A DNA stretch of 32,146 nt, taken from Octopus bimaculoides (Eukaryota). Each line of letters begins with the position of its first letter. The stretch's first letter is position 1. The notes below the pieces were generated by a model. The model did no database searches and was not told the origin of the DNA. It was given only the letters and a program-made list of their open reading frames with translations. The stretch is from positions 50,051,310 through 50,083,455 of the forward strand of contig NC_068991.1 of assembly GCF_001194135.2 (NCBI RefSeq), given 5' to 3'. Made by a program: the position numbers and the translations under genes. Positions 11,128 to 22,560 of this stretch are shown one piece after another.

Positions 11128-12454
11128 CAGGGTGTCCATAAAGTCTTTTTACAATTTCAAAAATTTATTACAATTGATATCTTAATCAGACTTGTTCTTT
11201 TGTACTCAGTGGTTTTCAAAGTTTTTTGTTACCTCATTTGCTACACCTCTATATGGGCACAATTAGTCGCACGAAGCACATCAACACAGTACTCGATTTC
11301 TTGCCATGTTCACTGTAGCATACCCTCATCAGTAGTTGCAATTACATCTGTTATTTTTTGCTTTAGTTCAGTAATGTCCCGTATTTTTGTTCGATACATT
11401 ATATCTTTAACATGGCTTCATAGAAAGAAATCCAGTGGTGTGATATCTGGTGAATGTGGTGGCCACGGAATTGGTTCATCTCATCCAATCCAACGGTCTG
11501 GAAATGTTTGATTGAGGAACTCACGAGCATGCAGTGCCCAATGTGGTGGGTACCATCTTGCTGGAAAATGATGGTCGGTTGAAGGTCCTGGAGTTGTGGT
11601 GCCACATATTCAGTCAAAAGGTTAAGGTAGACATTTGCAGTAATTGTTCTCTCGTTGAAGAAAAATGGACCAATAATTCGATTGCACATAATCCCACACC
11701 AGACATTCACTTTGGGACTATCTCGCTGAACTGCTCTAGTCACGCGGGGATGTTCTGATCCCAAGATTCTCACATTGTATTTTTGCAGTTTCCCTGAAAC
11801 ATGAAAGGTTTCCTCATCACTAAAACAAACTCGCCTGAGCAATGTTTCATCTTCAGAAATTAGTTGCAGCATGTGAATTGCAAACTCTTTTCGTCTTGGT
11901 TTATCATTTGGTTCGATTGCCTGTAGGAGTTGCACTTTGTTAGCGTACAATCGCAGGTTCTTGTGTAGGGCCTTGTGTACTGTTGAACGTGGTAGCTCTA
12001 ACTGTCTGGCAACAGCACGGATGGGCTTTGTGGGAGAACGAGAAAAGGTTTCTCTTACTCGATCAATGTTTTCCTCAGATGTTCTTGATCGCCCACTCCT
12101 CTTTCTATCTAACACTGTCCCTGTCTCCATAAATTTCTTGTGCCATGCACGAATTAACGGACGTGATGGTGGATCTCTTCCATACTTTGTTCTGTAGTTT
12201 CGTTGAGTCTGCGTATCCGATTTTGTCTCAATAAACCATGACACACATGTGCCATCTCTTGAGGAGTAGCCATTTCTTAGGGGTTCATTAAAAATGCCTC
12301 TTTAATCTGCAGGATGCTCGAGACACAAAAATGCAATGTGTTTAAAAACTTTGAAAACCACTGAGTACAAGTGAACAAGTCTGATTAAGATATCTTACCA
12401 ATTGCGTTTGTAATAGATTTTTTTAAATTGTAAAAAGACTTTATGGACTGCCTG
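11128..12454 (-). mobile_element. rosa-family (DD41D) Tc1/mariner element with long TIRs, TA-flanked
   Basis: TIRs at 11128-11226 and 12344-12454 consist of two matching blocks (CAGG..GTCCATAAAGTCTTTTTACAATTT and GATATCTTAATCAGACTTGTTC..TGTACTCAGTGGTTTTCAAAGTTTTT). TA lies at 11126-11127 and 12455-12456. Length is 1327 bp. Confidence 0.92.
11241..12273 (-). pseudogene. DD41D transposase pseudogene
   Basis: ATG at 12273 (MATPQE), then the 281-aa track ORF with CFSDEETFH and FQQDG. After a -1 frameshift it continues PPHWALHAREFLNQTFPDRWIG*DEPIPWPPHSPDITPLDFFL*, with 41 codons between the second and third Asp once the frame is restored. Two single-base deletions and two premature TGA codons; TAG at 11241-11243. 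Confidence 0.9.
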
Positions 12455-12541
12455 TATGTATATNNNNNNNNNNNNNNNNNNNNNNNNNNNNNNNNNNNNN
12501 NNNNNNNNNNNNNNNNNNNNNNNNNNNNNNNNNNNNNNNNN

Positions 12542-12629
<88 letters not shown>

Positions 12630-13066
12630 CGCGCTTTTTGTCTGTATGTGTCCCTCACCACTGCTTGACAACTGGGGTTGATTCGCTCGATTAAAATGCT
12701 TCAAGGCGGTGCCCTAGCATGGTCATTAGACTGAAACAAGAAAAAACATGTATACATATACATACATACGTACATACATACATACATACACACACACATA
12801 CAAACATACACACATTCACACACACATGCACACGCATGTACATACATGAATATATATGCAGTGCAAAACGCGTCACGTAACCAAAAGCAAGGACTCAGCA
12901 GTAAGTTCTACACTCTACTGTATAGATTGCGGTTAGACGAAGGACATCAAAGCACAAGATAGGTTAGTGTGCGGTATACAAATTACGTAAAAGTATTAAT
13001 AAAAAAATACTGTAAACTTACTCAGCATTTTAAGCTTTATAATGCATATACTTCTTTCGGTAAATC

Positions 13067-13182
13067 AACTGAGTGGACTGGAGCAACGTGAAATGAACAC
13101 AACCGGTCGCCCGATCCAGGAATCGAAACCACAATTTTACGGTCATGATGCTGACACCCTAACCTCTAAGCCACACGCCTCA

Positions 13183-13183
<1 letters not shown>
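13067..13183 (-). mobile_element. tRNA-derived SINE head (B-type), 3'-truncated
   Basis: The minus strand reads GTGAGGCGTGTGGCTTAGAGGTTAGG..GGTTTCGATTCCTGG..TTTCACGTTGCTCCAGTCCACTCAG, the same central motif as at 2160-2190 and 9690-9725. Confidence 0.75.
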
Positions 13184-13235
<52 letters not shown>

Positions 13236-13238
13236 GGG

Positions 13239-13629
13239 TGGAGGCGCAATGGACCAGTGTTTAGGGCAGCGAACTCGCGGTCATAGGATCGCAGTTTCGA
13301 TTCCCAGACCGGGCGTTGTGAGTGTTTATTGAGCGAAAACACCCAAAGCTCCACGAGGCTCCGACAGGGAATGGTGGTGAACCCTGCTGTACTCTTTCAC
13401 CACAACTTTCTCTCACTCTTACTTCCTGTTTCTGTTGTGCCTGTAATTCAAAGGGTCAGCCTTGTCACACTGTGTCACGCTGAATATCCCCAAGAACTAC
13501 GTTAAGGGTACACGTGTCTGTGGAGTGCTCAGCGACTTGCACGTTAATTTCACGAGCAGGCTGTTCCGTTGATCGGATCAACTGGAACCCTCGACGTCGT
13601 AAGCGACTGAGTGCCAACAACAACAACAA
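13239..13629 (+). mobile_element. full-length tRNA-derived SINE (family B2) with (CAA)n tail
   Basis: Head GGAGGCGCAATGG with B-box-like GTTTCGATTCCC. The 3' half (CCTGTAATTCAAAGGG..GAACTACGTTAAGGGTACACGTGTCTGTGG..GAGTGCC) is shared with family B1. Sits within (TA)n. Confidence 0.85.
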
Positions 13630-14635
13630 TATATATATATATGTATACATAAGCGACAGATATGGTTACGACCTCTGTTACATGGAATGGAATTGTCGAA
13701 AATCCTAAGATGGCAAGATGAAGTTATTAACAAATCAGATATCAGATGATCTTAAAATTGAATGCCCGCATTCCATATGGAATACCATTTTGTATTTTAA
13801 GCCTGTTATCTGAAACATTTCTAATTACTATGCTCTTATTTCAAATCTTACGTCATAAATATTTATATCTAATAATTCATTTTGTGTCTCTCATTTAATA
13901 GTTTTGGTAACGTAAACTATTATTATTACTGTTGTAACAATTAATAATCTAAATGCCCATTATTATTAAAGGTCATATATGATAACGAAATCTGTTGTTT
14001 AATTTAATAATTTTAACTGTTTCAAGTATTGGTTATATTCATAATAACTGCGTCTTCCCCATCTAATCACTGAATATACAGTTCTTCATTGTAATTTGTT
14101 CTCCTATTAAATCACTTATTATTGGAGAGTAAATATTAAATGTTAAATATTAAATATTTAATATTAAGTCTATCAATTTTAGTATTTTTAGTGTTTATAT
14201 TTGCTATTCGATTCTCTTATTACTTTTTCTTTTATTTGGTTTAATGATTAATTCATAGACGGCCAGTGAATAATGTTATCCTTCTACTGTTCTCTAAATC
14301 ACTCCTTTTTTTTCTATAAACTTCTTTCTCTTTCTCATTCTCTCTCACTCCATCTCTAATACCTATCCCTCTCTCTACCTGGTAGTAACTCACTTTTTAC
14401 ATATCTCTTCTTTAACCACTGTTTATTTCCTTTACATATTTAGTTTTTCTGTTCTTAATTTTCTTCTTAAATAACCTGTGCAAAATTTACTATTTTAACT
14501 ATGTGGATGTATACATATAAGTTTATGTGTGAGTATGTGTCTGTGAGTGTGAGTGTGAATGCACGTATGTAGGTGTGTGTGTGTTTGTGTGTGTATTACG
14601 TCTCTCTCTCTATATGTGTATGTATGTATACGTGA

Positions 14636-14669
<34 letters not shown>

Positions 14670-16689
14670 GAGAGGGTAGAGGGATATAAATACGTATTTC
14701 TTCGAACCACTATAATTGTCTGCTCTGTAAATGCCTACAGAATATAATGTGTCCCTCCGGCATCTACTGTCTGCTTTATTGAATGTAATCCTCTATAACT
14801 TTATTTTTTCTTAAGTCTAAAATTAATTTATAATTTCATCCCCTTCTTGTTCTGTACTATTCTTTATTGTCATTTTCATGTGATACCCACTTTATTCATT
14901 TTATAAATCGGTATTTTTGACTATAACTTCACTTGTTTGAGAACCAATTGATTACGCGAAAAGTCATTTTTCAAATCTGTCTCAAATATTGCCTGATGAA
15001 CGTGAGGTTTGCATAATGTATTGCGTAAAACAAAATCTTGTATTATGCTTACATTAAATAAAGATTCGGAGCGAAATAGTTGTCACAAGACTTAAAACCC
15101 TTTGATCTTTTTCCGCTTATTTCTATTGCGTGTTACTTTAAGGGTTTTATTATTCGTCGAATTACTTGTAAATAATCGGAACTACACCAGAACAGTGTCT
15201 GGTTTTTAGCGATGCTTTCTGCGATTGAAATGGAATACTTCACTGATTGCTCATCGTGATTCTGTCTAGCCAGTCAGTGGTGCACTATATATTGACACGC
15301 CTCGATTCTTTATGAATGCTTTATAACACACACACANNNNNNNNNNNNNNNNNNNNNNNNNNNNNNNNNNNNNNNNNNNNNNNNNNNNNNNNNNNNNNNN
15401 NNNNNNNNNNNNNNNNNNNNNNNNNNNNNNNNNNNNNNNNNNNNNNNNNNNNNNNNNNNNNNNNNNNNNNNNNNNNNNNNNNNNNNNNNNNNNNNNNNNN
15501 NNNNNNNNNNNNNNNNNNNNNNNNNNNNNNNNNNNNNNNNNNNNNNNNNNNNNNNNNNNNNNNNNNNNNNNNNNNNNNNNNNNNNNNNNNNNNNNNNNNN
15601 NNNNNNNNNNNNNNNNNNNNNNNNNNNNNNNNNNNNNNNNNNNNNNNNNNNNNNNNNNNNNNNNNNNNNNNNNNNNNNNNNNNNNNNNNNNNNNNNNNNN
15701 NNNNNNNNNNNNNNNNNNNNNNNNNNNNNNNNNNNNNNNNNNNNNNNNNNNNNNNNNNNNNNNNNNNNNNNNNNNNNNNNNNNNNNNNNNNNNNNNNNNN
15801 NNNNNNNNNNNNNNNNNNNNNNNNNNNNNNNNNNNNNNNNNNNNNNNNNNNNNNNNNNNNNNNNNNNNNNNNNNNNNNNNNNNNNNNNNNNNNNNNNNAT
15901 ATATATATATATACACACATACACACACATATATATACATATATGTATACATATATTTATGTATATATATATATATATATATATATGGGTGTGTGTGTGT
16001 AAACACACACACACATATGGTTGAAAAGGGGGCAAGAGTCCATACAAATAAAAAATTATGGTTAAAAATGTATATATAAAGCACGTAGTCTGGTGTTTGA
16101 CAATATTGATATAAATACGTGGATATTTTTGTGTATATATGTAACAATTATTTCACGGAAGAGCTAGAGTATTAACCATTAAAAAACATACAAAACCTGT
16201 TGCATTTCCTTTTGTGTATTTCTAAATCGTATAGTTTATTATGAAGAGGAGAAAAAAAAATCTCCATCGTAAGTCTGTAACATGGTCACTGAAATCACAA
16301 TTCCACTAAATTTGTTGAAGAACACTTAGTAACCAATTCTTTGTATGTTTCGTGTTGCTGGCTCTTTTTTTTTTCTTTTTCTTATTTCCGGTGTCTGTTG
16401 GCGTCTTTTATTAGTTGAAGAATAATGTTTGTGATATTTATATATGAGATAAATGACTTTATGTAGCTTATGAAACTTCGCCTGTGTTACTATATAACAT
16501 GTCCAACTGATTGCAGTGTAAATAGAGATACATTATCTCCTATGTTGTAGTTGTGGCAATTTTCCCTCGCTGATTGCACCGTCGTTTAAAGAAAATTTTA
16601 GCCTCATAAAATGACTTTTATGCTATTACTGTATTATCTGTTACTTTATTATTGTTTTGTGTTCTTTTTTTTTGTCAGGGATTATTGTT

Positions 16690-17520
16690 CTGTGTAAAGT
16701 GTTGGTGTTTTAAATACATTCTGTGCATAGATATGATACTTCGGAAGAAGGGAATAACAGGTTTGCATAAAGAAGTTGTGCGTATGTGTGTGTGTATGTG
16801 TGAAAGAGAGCGGAAGAGAGAGAAGAGAGAGGGAGAGGAAGAGAGAGAGAGAGAGAGGGGGAGAGAGAAGGAAAGGAAGAGAGAGAGAGAGAGAGAGAGG
16901 GAGAGAGGGTTCTATGGCTTTTTGGATTTTTGTTGTGGTTCTTATTGTTTTTGTTTCTGTAACGCCAGGAATTTATCCGAAGTTTTTTGTGAATGGTGAA
17001 ATTTGTATTTGTGCAAATAGATTGCAAAACTTATTTTCAGAGTTATTTTGAATTTGTTTTGTGTTTGGTTGTTGCTTTTTAACTTTCTGATGGCGTCTGC
17101 AAAAGGAAAAAATATTTCCCTGTCACAAGTCTTCTGTCCAGCGACGTCCAGCTTATCTTCTTTTCTGGCCAATTAAAAATTATTTTATCCAATCTATTCA
17201 TCTATTCTAAACACGAAAGGGTAGACTTTTAAGGTGGTTTGGCTGCTGTCAAAGAACTGCAAGGAGGTTTCGTCAATATTTTGTTTATACGAAAATGTTG
17301 AGTATTTCGTAAATAAGGAGATAGTGAACAATTTGGTCGAAAGCTTTGCGATGTTGATACTTCTCAGAAAGATGCTGGTTGGAGGCAGTTTTGTTGATAA
17401 AGCTATCATGTACTTGTGTAAGCTTTGAGAGTTGTCTGATGGTCGACGGCAACAGTCTGAATTTGTGTAATGAGGAAGGTGAAATGTGTAGCTTTCTGAA
17501 AATTATTAAAGTATACATCG
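16690..17520 (-). mobile_element. possible highly decayed L1/Tx1-like ORF2 C-terminal remnant
   Basis: Several short minus-strand ORFs with natural amino-acid composition (KLSTKLFTISLFTKYSTFSYKQNIDE; VAGQKTCDREIFFPFADAIR; YLHKYKFHHS), split by a GA tract. No diagnostic motif was identified with certainty. Confidence 0.25.
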
Positions 17521-17828
17521 AATGGTGACGAGTCTGTCTGATGCTACTTCATTTTAGCTTTTGTAGAGAATTGTGGGTCAGATAATTGCGGTGAATTTTT
17601 TTAATTACATAAAGATCAGGTTAATGTAAATTCGAAATAATTTTTATTGAGTTCAAAACTTCTGGTGAAACTAGTTTCATCAAGAGAGTGAATCAAAGTT
17701 TTCAGAATTCGACAACACCACAATCACTAACATTAAGAAACATGCTTATGCAATCTTTTTGTTTACTTTACAATGCTGTCTAGGTGTACTACAAATACTG
17801 TAGGAAATATAACTTGCAGTATTTTAGC

Positions 17829-17886
<58 letters not shown>

Positions 17887-18270
17887 GTGAGAGAGGTATA
17901 TTTATGTTGTCGAGTGCGACAATTCAGATTCAGTCTACTTAAGCACTTCATCCAGATAATTATGTCCCGTATATGATGACTGTCATGTAACTGTTTGGTA
18001 CACATTCATTGTTGCCATCAAAGAAATTGTAGAGGAGGCTTTCAATAAAATAATTGTACATGCAATAAAAAAAAAATCCCACAAAGCAACATAAAACAAT
18101 ACAACTGCAGTTATGCATAAGACGTAGAAAACCTAATAAAAAAAAAAGCAAACCAAATAACTGCATTTAACAGTCAACAACTGAACGAGGAAATAAACGA
18201 AAGAAAAGCAGACAACCGCCAAACATTTCTATCCAAAATAAATCACAAACAAGCAGAAAACATGACGGGA

Positions 18271-18317
<47 letters not shown>

Positions 18318-18337
18318 TGATGATAATAATAATAATA
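18271..18337. repeat. (AAT)n microsatellite
   Basis: Direct reading. Confidence 0.95.
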
Positions 18338-20689
18338 CCGATTTCTTTATTAACCACAAGAAACATTATGGATAGAACAGGACAAAACAAAGAATGTGTG
18401 TATATGTGTGTGAGTGTGTGTTGTTGCGAGGGTTTTGCGTGTAAACAAGACTAACAAAATTTTTAAAAAAGGAAAGGGAAAGGAAAAGAAAACAACAATA
18501 ATAACAACAGTAACAATCATCATCATCAGTATAAACAACAATAGCCAGCACGCACCGTGTCACCATTATAACTGCAAAACAGTTTTTGAAAATCGACCGC
18601 CAAAGACTGACAAAACAAAAAGACATGAACACAAGACGAAAAATAGGCATATTCCTTAAGACAAAAGATTCAACCGTTTCCTTCCAACAGACGAGAGAAA
18701 AAGCAATAAAGAAATTCAAAAACTTTAAAGACTCAGAATTTGAGAAAACGATAAATATCCACCTGAAATACCTGGGGCGAGGAATATTCTTTGAAATTGA
18801 GTTTTTAGTAGTAGAAATAGCAGCAGCAGTAGTAGTAGCATTAAAAGAACAGAAGCAATAGCAGCACTAATTGTAGCAGTTGCAACACTTTTAGTTGTTT
18901 CCGTTGATATTTACAAAAGTTTGAAGAAAAGAGTGAGGAAATAGGAATTAATTATTTAGTCTGTTATTGTGTGTATTCATTAACGTTGATTGAAAGGCTG
19001 ACTGAGCAGCACTTATTTCCTGAAATTTGCTTAGAATACGGAAAAAAAAATCATTGAATATACAGATCAGCGTTGAATTTTCTGATAATTTCATTGTTTT
19101 CAACTGGTTGATCGATGAGCACATCAACGAAATTACACTTTCTGATGTCTTCACAAATCATTTTTAAACAATTACTTCTTATTTAGCTTTCAAACACGAA
19201 ACTTTAGTTCTGACACCCTAATTTTACTTTGCCAAATGCAGTTGCTAACACATTGAATGGTTTATAAAGACTTACAGGTTTGTGATTGTACCGAAACAGA
19301 ACAAAATTTATTGTTCATGTTTAGATTTGTTATTTGATAATTGTTCGTGACAAAGCGATGTTCCTAATCAAACAACCTAAATCTATTTACTGCGTCATTA
19401 GATCTGTCAACTTTCTAAATTGCTTGACAAGATCAATTTCATTGTTAACAAAACGGTAAACATTCCTAAGAATTTATGTTAGCCTTAATGATAAATAGCT
19501 AGAATATCTCGGGAAAAGGAAAGCGAAGTAAATATCTGTTAAGTAGAAGTGTGTTTATTCACGTGAAAATATTTTTGCTTTTTTTCTTGTCTTTCATGAT
19601 TATCCTGGAGTCACAGGTGATTCGAGTATATGTGATGGTGGTGGTGATAGTGATGTTTGCATCTCTTCTGGCACTCTTCTTTTGGCTTCAAGTTGTTCCC
19701 TCCTCTCCACCTACCACCAGATAATAGGTCTATAGTAACATCCTTCAAGTTTTCAGATTTGATCTTGGAACGCATTGTTTATCTGATTGTTACAATATTT
19801 TTTTCTCCACCTGAACGTCGGACACAGATTTTCAGGTCCGTCCAACACATGACAGCAACTCTTCAACATAACTCCGAGTATTGGACGAGTGCGAGCAGAA
19901 CAGTTTCGTCATTCTGCGAACATATCGGACTGGCTCTGCTGACGGATTATCACGAACTGGTAGTGCCCCGCAGTACTGCCAGGCTGCGGATTTCTGAAAA
20001 TTATCCATGAGTCCAGATCCGAAAGTCCTCTGGAACAGGTTAACCAGTTGGCTTTCATCGACGATTCCTAATTTCAACTTCAGCTAATATAACCAATTGT
20101 ATTCTGTAAAACCCAAGTTCGGAATTTGCCGTTCGTGATCCTTTCCTTTGGGATCTTACTCTATAAACTGGCTTAATATGTTTATATTCACTTGAATATT
20201 CACAATTATATATAATCTAGTTTTATCTATAATAGTTTTGAGGTTTATTTAGTAAAGTCCTTACTGCAGTTAAATAAAGATATTCGAAGTTAATACGATA
20301 TTATTAATCTAATATATCTTTCTACACAATTATTGTAATAATACTTAGTGAAACGGTTCACCAGTGTAACGGTTTTAGAGTTGTTACCAATTTAATAATT
20401 TTAAATGTTTGTAATGAAGCTCGTTGTCGCGTGTTCGAATGTAACAATGTCCCAATATAACGTGGAAATAAGTGAATGTAGAAATAAATGTCGGAAGGCA
20501 TGTTTGTTAATAGAGTATTTGGGATTTTTGACAAGTGCTGAGTAAAGTGAGCGCATATATATAGGATTCAAAGTGATGTCCTGAAAACTTACAATTGCAC
20601 ATGTAGGTCAGAACACTGCAGTGCTAAAGATGCAAGAAAAATGAAAGGCAATAGCCGGTGGAACGAAGGCTGGTGTGAAATATCAAGAT

Positions 20690-20910
20690 CTGTCCGCTGT
20701 CGCTTGCGTAGATCTGTCTGTTGATGGTTGTGCAGCGTTGTTCGCTGACGGTCGTAGAATCTGTTCGCCGACGGTCGTGGAGATCTATTTGCTGACGGTT
20801 GTGCAGCATTGCTCGCTGACGGTCGTAGAGATCTGTTCGCTGACGGTCGTTGACGGTTGTGCAGCTTTGTTCGCTGTGGCTGTGCATCTCTGTTCGCTGA
20901 TGGTCGTGGC
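20690..20910. repeat. GC-rich 23-24-bp minisatellite with two unit types
   Basis: Units GCTGACGGTCGTAGAGATCTGTTC and GCTGACGGTTGTGCAGC(G/A/T)TTG(T/C)TC, about 9 imperfect copies. Confidence 0.85.
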
Positions 20911-22129
20911 ATCGAGGTCTTCTGCTGACTGACTGCCAAAAGGCGCTCTCTGCTGTTCTAAGGACTACTGCTTTTATAGGTACACAGTGGTACTAATCCG
21001 CGATAACGAAATATGGCTTTCTTGGCTCACTACATATTTATGTATTTTATTCTTTATATTTTAAATTTGTTCTATATAATAATTAAAAAGCCAGGTATAA
21101 CAATTATATACATAATATATAATATCGTGTATTTAATTATCGTCAGTAGTTTTAGACACGGTAAACCTGAAATTTAGAAAAATATATAGGAAAAATAAAT
21201 AATAAAAATAGAAAAGGCGCAACGGAACTAGCTCATCTCTAGCATAAACTAGTCAAACGAGAGTTCTTCTAGGTGATGTTTCACTCTCTTAGAAATAGCA
21301 GCAATACCCAAACATTGCTGCCTTAGAAAAGGAAAACATATTAGACATGTGGTCCATAAAAGGGACGTAATAGTTACAGCTGGAAAGCTGACTTGCTTGT
21401 TTGCGTAGAGTTGAACAACATATTCACCTGCTACGTTTACTTTTGATTTGCGTATGTTGATTGATTCAGTGACCTGTTGTAGTATCGTATTCTAAATTCA
21501 TTGTCATCTTTAATGCAAGCTTTGGTGAGCTGTATTGTCCTTAGGATTGGTTTACACTTTCAGTTGGGTTCATATTATCTTTAGTAGAATGAATATTAGG
21601 GTTTCGAAATGTATCTGGTCACGTTATCATGAAAAGTTAATGGTTTATTTCATGTTTTGAAATGCATTTGAGATTTAGCAAAAGAAATGTGAGTGAGATA
21701 TTTTATAACATTTTATTCGTATTTTAAGATGAACAAAGCCAAATATTTTACGTTAATGTATGAACAACAAATGCATATATAACTGCGCACACACCCACAC
21801 ACACGCATACGAATAAGCAAGTGCTCATACACATTACGAGTGAATACACATATACACATTATAAATGTTCTTGTATTTTTCTTTGGAATATTAAAACTTC
21901 TTGTTTGCCTTTGTAGAGTTCTTGCTGGTTATGAATAAAGTGGTAAGGTTCTTTTGTTTAAGCCAAGACTGCTTTTGTGAGAGGACGGTGTGTTTGTGTA
22001 ATCGTATTGCATGTGAAAGAACAGTATTGGAGGGAGGAGGATGTGAGAGGTACGAATGTGAGGTGAAATGGAAGATAAGAGAAAAGTGATATTTAAGAAA
22101 TAAATGAAGAAAAATGAAGAAAAAAATGA

Positions 22130-22560
22130 TGTATTTCGGGATTGTCATTTTTTTTTGTTTGTTTGCTAAATAAACACACGCACTATATATTCATTCTTCA
22201 CTCATTTACTATTGTTCTTATCCTAACTCATGTTCATTGTCCGGAAATCTTCCGTCACACATCTGTGACCTCTCCAGTGACACTTTCTGTCTTCGTGTAT
22301 GCTCTTGCTTCGCTTATTCCGTTCTGTTCTTCTCTTATTTCATTCTGTTCTTCTATAGAAGAACAGAATGGAATAAGCGGAGCAAGCGCACACACGAAGA
22401 CACTAAGTGTCACTGAAGAGGTCACAGATGTCTGACGAAAGATTTCCGGACAATGGACATAAATTAGAATAAGAACAGTAATAAATGAGTGAAGAACGAA
22501 TAATATATTGCTTGTGTTTATTTGGCAAAAAAAGAAAAAAAATGACCATTCTGAAATACA
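22130..22560. repeat. about 430-bp imperfect palindrome with no central loop
   Basis: Centre at 22355/22356 with a perfect 15+15 core CATTCTGTTCTTCTA|TAGAAGAACAGAATG. The arms align out to GTATTTCGGGATTGTCAT / ATGACCATTCTGAAATAC with roughly 25-30 differences. The left arm carries a 21-bp tandem duplication. Confidence 0.95.
22408..22452 (+). ncRNA. candidate minimal type I hammerhead ribozyme (Penelope-like-element type)
   Basis: UGUCA-CUGAAGA-G-GUCA(CAGAUGUC)UGAC-GAAA-GAUU-UC-CGGACA. The core and helix II fit, but helix I is only 4 bp with a 1x2 mismatch next to the core. The mirror copy at 22238-22282 (-) has A6G and A13G changes. Confidence 0.5.

Larger units (their letters stand above)
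10866..12747 (+). mobile_element. SINE family A interrupted by a rosa transposon
   Basis: Head at 10866-11017 matches the minus-strand copy at 1142-1297. The internal microsatellite is split by the transposon. An internally deleted 3' domain lies at about 12627-12747 (CTGCTTGACAAC...AAGGCGGTGCCCTAGCATGG...ACTGAAACAAG). Confidence 0.8.

Noticed and set aside
14980-15060. CTGATGA followed by ACG..CGT AAAAC, a possible hammerhead
   Set aside because: G12 is missing, helix II is only 3 bp and there is no helix I complement.
18586-19154. Short ORFs with protein-like composition (18586-18861 + and 18948-19154 -)
   Set aside because: No motif could be identified. Possibly LINE ORF1 debris or an exon, but unsupported without a search.
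22130-22560. Excess of A/G differences between the palindrome arms as a fossil of A-to-I editing
   Set aside because: The changes go in both directions and the strand is purine-rich, so ordinary transition bias explains them.
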